Source: Oopsacas minuta (taxonomy: Eukaryota; Animalia; Porifera). From it: a stretch of DNA of 9,980 nucleotides. The translations under genes and the position numbers were made by a program. Under the pieces are notes generated by a model, which saw only the letters and a list, made by a program, of their open reading frames with translations, was not told the origin of the DNA and ran no database searches. The stretch covers positions 1 through 9,980 of the forward strand of contig JAKMXF010000195.1 of NCBI GenBank assembly GCA_024704765.1, given 5' to 3'. Shown here in pieces: positions 1-6,919 of this stretch (positions within the stretch are counted from its first letter, which is position 1; the number at the start of each line of letters is the position of its first letter).

Positions 1-280
1 GATCCAGCAGAATTAATCAATACTACTGTTATAGTATAGTTATTGTATTCTTCTAAACCTGTTATATTGCTACATATTGATCCTGTCATTGGATAATCAG
101 AAGATGTTGTAAGAATATTATCAGTTCTTGGATATGTATCAAATGGAGAGCCAACAAGAGTGACATCGAAAGAAATTATTAATCCATTCTGTGTATTTCC
201 AGCAGGGAAATCAAAACATACATTAATTGTAGTAGCACTAATGGGTAAACTGGTAACATTCTGAGGAGCAACAACAGGTG
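1..280 (-). CDS. Diverged B-like FN3 exon, truncated by the window edge (not in the ORF track)
   Basis: Manual translation is open: (A)PVVAPQNVTSLPISATTINVCFDFPAGNTQNGLIISFDVTLVGSPFDTYPRTDNILTTSSDYPMTGSICSNITGLEEYNNYTITVVLINSAG. Acceptor ctctag| at 281-282. Confidence 0.88.
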
Positions 281-471
281 CTAGAGGATAAATATTAATT
301 CTTACATTCAATTCTAAGGATATAATCTTTCAAAGTTATTGTCACGTAATATTATTTGCATATACCCAGTACATTAGGAATTCGAATGGAAATTTACTCG
401 AAAACTCCTCCAAGATTTCTATAATTCTACCTCATTTTTCCCACAATCACACATAATATATTCTCGCTAAC

Positions 472-786
472 CTGCTTCTGATGTCCTAACTGTAATCATT
501 GCAGCAGCTCCTTCACCAGCTCCATTATTAGCTCTTATTAACACGGTATAGTTGTTATACTCTTCCAAATTATATATACACACACTACTTGATTTAGTTA
601 GTGGATAAGTTGTGTTTATGTCTACAGTTCTAATAACTACAGTCATGTTGAATAACTTTCCTTGATATGTCACAGTGTAAGAGCTGATTGGCCCATTCTG
701 AGTTTCATTTGTGGGAGGATCGAATGTAACACAGAAAGAAGTATTAGTGATATTCTCACTTGATAAGCCGAGAGGTGCAGCAGGCA
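472..786 (-). CDS. FN3 exon A3 (315 nt, phase 1-1)
   Basis: (V)PAAPLGLSSENITNTSFCVTFDPP...NLEEYNNYTVLIRANNGAGEG...TSEA. Acceptor cattag| at 787-788; donor |gttagc at 470-471. Confidence 0.9.
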
Positions 787-1051
787 CTAATGGAAAAAAA
801 ATTATTTTATTACACAGAGATACCAACTTTTACGGGTTCTTGGTTCAAGCATTATCTGGAGCTAGTTAGAGGAAATTTATGAAGCTACATATAATCGTAT
901 TATTACGATTTGTCCCAAATGAATGCCGGACATTTAGTTGGGACATTAATCGATAATTATATTCCGGAAGTATTAAATAATAAAACGGTCACAAATTATA
1001 ATACATGCTGTATTATATACAAGATATAAATACGTGTATTATATGTATAGT

Positions 1052-2437
1052 TTAAAATTGAAAGTTGTGTGTTATCTCTCTTAAATAGGAGAGAGTTTCT
1101 CTATTGTCATCATTTGTGACAAGACATAAAATTATTTTATTTCTCGCCACACTAAGCTTTGAGGTTTGGTGGGTTTCTCCTATATCCTTCTTGACTAATA
1201 TAGCTTCTTGTAGTGATTGTTCTCTTTGTAAGTGCATTAATAGCTTGAAAAAGCCTGAATGATGACAGTTAATTCCTGATTTGAAAGCAGAAAGCATTAT
1301 GCCATCCTTCCATTGCGTTGTTAGTTCTTGCTAGTTCAGAGGAGCTCGAAGATGCATATTCCATATCCTATTGGAAAAGGTGGTACTCTTCTGCGTGACC
1401 AGGAAGTCTTTGACCAAGGTAATTAACTTCGAATTATTGAGCGATTTCTATTGCTGAGTCTGGAAAATCTCCAATGAGTACAAAAAAACAATCGATTACA
1501 TCACTTTCTGGTACGAACGCCAGGCTTAGTAACATTTTCATCCTGATTGAGAATTCTTCATCTTCAAGGTATCTCCTTACAAGTCTTTTTGACTGGATTT
1601 GACGGTAAATATTTTGCGCTAAGTGAAAAAAGCAACCAGATATTGTAGAAATGAAGTTATCTTCTAATGCATTGAGTGCAGCTTTTTCAAAATCGGCCAT
1701 TATATGAGATGGATTCAGGGCTGGTTCTATGTCAATCAAAGATCTAAAGAGTTTTCTGTATGTTGTTTCCCCTTTATTTGTAAACTCCATATAAACAGGG
1801 CATCATATAACCATCTTTCACGTAGTGAATGGTGTAGAGTTGAAAGAATTGACTTGGTACAACACTAAATGTGCCATCTGCGAACAAATTGCTCGAATCA
1901 CGCAAAAGAGAAAGCATTTGACGAGTACCAAAGACTGAGATTCTATTAGTATCGCCAATCCCAGAATCAACAATAGAAATGATTGTCCTTTCAATGTTAG
2001 TCTGTATTTATCAGGGATAGTTAAATCTTCTTTACCAGATTTTTGACGACGGATTGTCGGTTTTAGCAAATCAAACTTAAGTATAGTAGAAATAGCTGAA
2101 TCAGTAATTGTTTCAATCCCACTTGCCAATATTAATCTTGTACTCTCTTCAGAATTCTTCGCTCGAGCCTTCATTTTAGTGACGCCTTTAATCATTTCAA
2201 TTCTGGAGGATTTGGCCCATGCGTATGAGACGAATGTATATCTTCAACGCTTGTAGGTTTGACTACATTCGCATCATTTGTAGATATGCGTGCTTGACAG
2301 GTTGCACGATTTTCGCAAACTCAATGTGATAATCGCGGGGAGCATTTATTAAGAGTATAGATAAATCCTTCAATACAAGCCTTCTCCTTATTTTTACTCG
2401 TCTTGAGTAATTCAATTTTGAACGGTGTAGTAGACAT
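1052..2437 (-). pseudogene. MULE transposase pseudogene (N-terminal FLYWCH-like zinc finger plus MULE DDE domain)
   Basis: Pieced across frames: MSTTPFKIELLKTSKNKEKACIEGFIYTLNK...H*VCENRATCQARIST...SHTHGP (TGA at 2321-2323 replaces Trp); LFADGTFSVVPSQFFQLYTIH (first D); IMADFEKA (second D); GCFFHLAQ (CxxH); RTNNAMEGWHNAF (E, about 1308-1310). Frameshifts near 2200, 1965, 1785, 1390-1340 and 1290; TAA at 1434-1436. Confidence 0.92.
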
Positions 2438-2635
2438 GTGATATTACGATCAAAGATTTAATTAATGTATCAACTTGTTCACACGTATTTGTATAAATCA
2501 AGTGTAAAATATTGAAATCGTATAAGTATGATGTTCCAATAACAGTTTGTAATTGCGAATTCAAAACAGTTCCTCAAAATGGAATGAATTTGGTTTCTGG
2601 TAGATGTGATCTATTGATAACAAAGAAATAAACCA

Positions 2636-2716
2636 ATGGACTTAATCTCAATGGATTAAATATCCTACGAAAAAAGTCTGACGACTAAATGTCCGGCAAC
2701 AAAGTCTCCGATTACC
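2636..2716. repeat. Right terminal region of the MULE, built of about 15-bp degenerate tandem subrepeats
   Basis: atggacttaatctca / atggattaaatatcct / acgaaaaaagtctg / acgactaaatgtccg / gcaacaaagtctccg, then attacc. The same ggacatt core occurs inverted twice at the left end (928-934, 941-947). Confidence 0.6.
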
Positions 2717-3016
2717 GTCTCAAATATACAACCTAAGGCTACAAGAACTACAAAAATAGATCTTTGAATCTATTAAAAGTATAATATGGAAGGTTGCCTC
2801 AAGTCCCGGACCCCGAATAATCGCTAGCTATGGATACCCCTAGCCCGGTCGATTCAAACAACGATGAATCCGCCATGTATCATACGGTCGAATGGCATCA
2901 TGGTTGTTGTTAGATTGAAACTAGATAAATTTTTGAAAATATATACTCGAGCTATGTATATCTTATACGCTAGCATAGATAATCACAACCAAATGTAGTT
3001 AAATGAAGTAACCTAC

Positions 3017-3340
3017 CTTCTTCATTAGTCATTACTACTATACTCTGACTGATTGGTCCTGATCCTTCAGAATTAATAGCAAATACTGTGATATTGTAGT
3101 TATTGTACTCTTCTAAGTTAGTCAAATTGAAACACAGATTACTCTCCAATGGATAAGAAGTAGGTAATATAACCATTTCATTAGTGATAGATTCTGTTTG
3201 GAATGGAAATCCAAAAGATGAGATATTGAATGAAGTTATTATTCCATTCTGATTAATACCAGGAGGAGGATCGAAGCAGACACCAACTGAAGTAGCAGTT
3301 ATGTTTCTACCAGTAATGTTCTGAGGAGCTTCATCAGGAG
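3017..3340 (-). CDS. FN3 exon B2 (324 nt, phase 1-1)
   Basis: (A)PDEAPQNITGRNITATSVGVCFDPPP...NLEEYNNYNITVFAINSEGSG...TNEE. Acceptor aaatag| at 3341-3342; donor |gtaggt at 3015-3016. About 17 of 108 residues differ from B1 by manual comparison. Confidence 0.9.
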
Positions 3341-3457
3341 CTATTTGAGGGAATTGATAATATGATTCTATACAGACAGATGGATTAAAGATACTGGTGA
3401 AAACTATACTGGAATGGATAAATAGCAGAGAGAAACTAGCACAAAGTATATACAAAC

Positions 3458-3772
3458 CTGCTCCTAATGTCCTAACTGTAATCATTGCAGCAGCTCCTTC
3501 ACCAGCTCCATTATTAGCTCTTACTAACACAGTATAGTTGTTATACTCTTCCAAATTATATATACACACACTACTTGATTCAGTTAGTGGATAAGTTGTG
3601 GTAACGGATACAGTTTCACCCAATATAGCCATATTGAATAACTCTCCTTGATATGTCACAGTGTAAGAGCTGATTGGTCCATTCTGAGTGTCATTTGTGG
3701 GAGGATCGAATGTAACACAGAAAGAAGTATCAGTGATATTCTCACTCATTAAGTTGAGAGGTGGAGCAGATA
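3458..3772 (-). CDS. FN3 exon A2 (315 nt, phase 1-1)
   Basis: (V)SAPPLNLMSENITDTSFCVTFDPP...NLEEYNNYTVLVRANNGAGEG...TLGA. Acceptor tattag| at 3773-3774; donor |gtttgt at 3456-3457. First half of ORF 2970-3812. Confidence 0.9.
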
Positions 3773-4415
3773 CTAATAGAATATAATTAATTTTATTACA
3801 CAGGGATACCAACTTTACGGATTCTTGGTTCTAGTTTTATCTGAAGCTAGTTAGAGGAAATTTATGAAGCTACAACATATAATCGCATCATTACGATTAT
3901 GTGTAGCTAAATAGGTTAGAGATGAAAAACAGCATCAATGGTATACTATTTTCATTACAATTTGCATATCTCCTTTTTACACTCAGGGTATAATACGATT
4001 ATGAAATTGGATTTTTGACTTATTTATCATTCCTAGAAGTATATTAATTATTAAATTATGTTTAGCGAATTTATGTAGGCTGTATAGTATATACATGATA
4101 TTTGATCTCAGGATTTTGTCTCAAATATACATCCTAAGATTACAAGAACTTCAAAAATATATTTTTAAACTATTGAAAGTATAATATGGAGGGTTGCCTC
4201 AAGCCTCGGACCCCCTTATAATCGCTTGCTATGCATACCCTAGCCCGATTAATTCTAACAACGATGCAACGGACCTGTATCATACTGTCAAATGGTATTA
4301 TGGTTGTTGTTAAGTTAAATTAGATAAAGTTTTGTAAATACATGCTTGAGGTATGTATACCTTATACGCTAGCATACATAATCAAAACTAAAGGTAGTTT
4401 AATGAAGTAACCTAC

Positions 4416-4739
4416 CTGCTTCATTAGTCATTATTAATATACTCTGACTGATAGGTCCTAATCCTTCAGAATTAATAGCAAATACAGTGATGGTGTAGTT
4501 ATTGTACTCTTCTAAGTTAGTTAAATTGAAACACACAGTATTCTCCAATGGATACGAAGTAGGTGATATAACCATTTCATTAGTGATAGATGCTGTTTGG
4601 AATGGAGATCCAAAAGATGAGATATTGAATGAAGTTATTATTCCATTCTGATTTATATAAGGAGGAGGATCGAAGCAGACATTAATTGAAGTAGGAGTTA
4701 TGTTTATACCAGTGATGTTCTGAGGAGCTTTATCTGGAG
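4416..4739 (-). CDS. FN3 exon B1 (324 nt, phase 1-1; not in the ORF track)
   Basis: Manual translation is open: (A)PDKAPQNITGINITPTSINVCFDPPPYINQNGIITSFNISSFGSPFQTASITNEMVISPTSYPLENTVCFNLTNLEEYNNYTITVFAINSEGLGPISQSILIMTNEA. Acceptor atctag| at 4740-4741; donor |gtaggt at 4414-4415. Confidence 0.9.
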
Positions 4740-4848
4740 CTAGATGGGGAAATGTATAATTACGATTATATACAGATAGATGGATTAAAGATACTGTAAA
4801 TTATACTAGAATGGTTAAATAGCTTAGAGAATTTCTCTGAATACAAAC

Positions 4849-5163
4849 CTGCTTCTGATGTCATAACTGTAATGTTAGCAGCAGCTCCTTCACCAGCTCC
4901 ATTATTAGCTCTTATTAACACAGTATAGTTGTTATACTCTTCCAAATTATATATACACACACTACTTGATTCAGTTAGTGGATAAGTTGTGTTGACGTCT
5001 ACAGTTATATTTACTTCAGCCGTATTGAATAACTGTCCTTGATATGTCACTGTGTAAGAGCTGATTAGTCCATTCTGAGTGTCGTTTGTAGGAGGATTGA
5101 ATGTAACACAGAAAGAAGTAGAATTGACGTTTTTAGTCATTAAGTTAAGAGATTCAGCAGGTA
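4849..5163 (-). CDS. FN3 exon A1 (315 nt, phase 1-1)
   Basis: (V)PAESLNLMTKNVNSTSFCVTFNPP...NLEEYNNYTVLIRANNGAGEG...TSEA. Acceptor cattag| at 5164-5165; donor |gtttgt at 4847-4848. Paralogue of 3458-3772 and 472-786. Confidence 0.9.
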
Positions 5164-5289
5164 CTAATGGAAAAAGAATTATTGTTTATTGCACAAGGAT
5201 ACCAACTTTTACGGATTCGTTGTTCTAGTGGCAAATCTCATTAATTTTTGCTTTCTTAAGTCACATGTTGTTAATTGGTATATACTCAC

Positions 5290-5601
5290 CTGCTTCCAAT
5301 GTTTCATTCCTTGCTTCAGCTATCATGAAATCACTCACCCCTAGTTCAGGAATAGTCACCATTAACAAAATCGTATAGTTAACATAGTCTTGTAAGCCCG
5401 TTATGTTTACATCTTGTGGTGTACAAAGTCCTGTTTGGTCGGTAATATTGATATTTAGGGTGCGTACAGTTGTATCAAGCTCTACGCCAAAGTACATAAA
5501 TTCATATTGAATTGTTACATCAGCTCCACAGTATTCAAGTGCTCTGAAAGATACTCTTATCGCTGTTGAGTTTATTGTAGTAGCTACCAAATCCTCATCA
5601 C
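5290..5601 (-). CDS. FN3 exon 2 (312 nt, phase 1-1)
   Basis: (G)DEDLVATTINSTAIRVSF...YEFMY...ITGLQDYVNYTILLMV...TLEA. Acceptor atgtag| at 5602-5603; donor |gtgagt at 5288-5289. Confidence 0.85.
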
Positions 5602-5807
5602 CTACATATGTTATTAATGTATTTAATAATTCAAATATTTTACTATACAAATTCAATTCTCTAATTACTCCATTATTATTAAGCTATGTTACTACTTGCA
5701 TGGATTAAAATATTTCGAATTTTAGCTCATTTTCCCAAAATGTGAAGATTTTATGAATGAACTAGTAAAATGCTATTAAGACAATAATCACAAATAATTA
5801 TCATTAC

Positions 5808-6092
5808 CTATTGCTATGATATCAACAGCTTTCAGACCGAAGTTTGAGTTGACAATAGAAGCTGACACTCTGATGATAAACACATCATTTGTTGATAGAT
5901 TAACTTGTTGTAAAGTAGAATAAGTCGTTAATGTTTGTATATTGCTGAGATTTCTGAGAGTACGATAAGTGAGTTGATATTCCAGACCTTGTGGAAATAC
6001 TTCAATTGGATATATTCCTGCTGATTGTGTCCATGTAAAGTTGTATACACTACCAGAATCAATGACAGAACTCAAGTTCTGTGGCACTCCAG
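5808..6092 (-). CDS. FN3-like exon 1 (285 nt, phase 1-1)
   Basis: (P)GVPQNLSS...YNFTWTQ...YQLTYR...FIIRVSAS. Acceptor ctatag| at 6093-6094; donor |gtaatg at 5806-5807. The ORF-track 'M' at 6087 is a GTG Val codon. Confidence 0.8.
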
Positions 6093-6226
6093 CTATAGAA
6101 TATATTATACATCAAAGTTGTTTAGTTTACAACCTAGTATGAACCATGAGTTAACTGCTACGAGAGAGAATTTCCCTAACCAGAGTAACGTTCGAACGGT
6201 CGCTAATTTAGCAAACATAAACTTAC

Positions 6227-6802
6227 GAAGAGGAGGATTAGTTGCTATCAGTAAGAATTCTAAAGTAACATCAGAAGTCAATGTTCCATCAGTTAACGTT
6301 AGTGTAACAGTTAGTGTTGTATTAGGAGTTTGATTAAGGATGGATTTTGTAATCGTTATTATCCCGTCTGTATTTACTGCAAACAAATTGTCTGTATAAG
6401 ACACCGAATAAGTAACTACAGCATCTTCTTCACCACCACTCAAATCTGGTACACACCAAACAGTATTATTAGCAGGAATATCAACAGGTAGATCTATGTT
6501 GCATGTAGATTGAGAGAGAGTAGGCGCTGTGTCTTCAATATTGTTGATATAGATAATTAAGGTACCCAGTGTAGTAATTGGATTTGAAGTGGTTACAATT
6601 GAGAATGATAGCTCAGTCGTGGTTTCATAGTCAAGTAATGAATCTAGATAGATTTCCCCAGTGCTGTTATCGATTCTGATAGCTGTAGGTGTAGGGGATA
6701 GATCTATCGTAGTACCACTTACAGTTATTGTACCGATAAGTGTGTCAACAGCGGAATCTTCATCTATTGTGAATACGTATCTGTCTTGTTCGAGAATATT
6801 TG
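6227..6802 (-). CDS. Exon with two cadherin-like (EC) repeats of a cadherin-FN3 cell-surface protein (576 nt, phase 1-1)
   Basis: ORF 6105-6836 has cadherin motifs: YVFTIDEDS, LLDYETT (LDYE), INNIEDTAP (DxNDNxP-like), DLSGGEEDAVVTYSV. Acceptor aaatag| at 6803-6804; donor |gtaagt at 6225-6226. The junction c|ct (Pro) keeps frame into the next exon. The acceptor is less certain than the donor. Confidence 0.85.
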
Positions 6803-6860
6803 CTATTTGTGTAGGATAAACATAAGTATCATTCATAATAATAGTATAAGGGGAACTTAC

Positions 6861-6900
6861 ATGAATTTTCTGTAATCGTTANTACCAAGATATCCACCTG
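6861..6900 (-). CDS. Possible further upstream exon of the cadherin-FN3 gene (3' part only; 5' boundary unknown)
   Basis: Consensus donor |gtaagt at 6859-6860 would give a 58-nt intron to the 6803 acceptor. The phase-1 frame reads QVDILVxTITENS without a stop across the N at 6882. No family motif is certain. Confidence 0.35.
6882..6882. other. Single ambiguous base (N): either an unresolved base or an assembly join
   Basis: The sequence reads 'gttantacc' at 6878-6886. Confidence 0.95.
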
Positions 6901-6919
6901 CCACACCATTGTGGAGGGT

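Larger units (their letters stand above)
911..2716 (-). mobile_element. Degenerate Mutator-like (MULE) DNA transposon inserted in the B2-A3 intron
   Basis: These 1806 nt are absent from the paralogous intron; homology stops at ttacgatt (910 vs 3898) and resumes at gtctcaaatatac (2717 vs 4118). Subterminal inverted repeat 924-940 vs 2682-2698 matches 16/17. Contains a MULE transposase remnant. No target-site duplication seen. Confidence 0.88.
3813..5226. repeat. Tandem duplication unit 1 (A1-B1 with introns, about 1.4 kb), homologous to about 820-3830 once the MULE is removed
   Basis: Exons have identical lengths (315 and 324 nt). Introns align: 4118-4415 with 2717-3016, 4740-4848 with 3341-3457, and the ccaactt(t)tacgg motif at about 5202, 3809 and 823. 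Boundaries are approximate. Confidence 0.85.

Noticed and set aside
428-447. Shared intronic motif ctcatttt(t)ccca.aat with about 5726-5741
   Set aside because: Short and low-complexity, in otherwise unalignable introns.
467-5163. FN3 repeats as a CRISPR array or prokaryotic adhesin ORFs
   Set aside because: The repeats are 315/324-nt exons bounded by GT-AG in a constant phase, so this is a spliced eukaryotic gene. The N-terminal extensions in the ORF track (e.g. MVSLCNKI...) are intron sequence.
6025-6333. Plus-strand 102-aa ORF
   Set aside because: Antisense shadow of the cadherin and FN3 exons; no motifs of its own.
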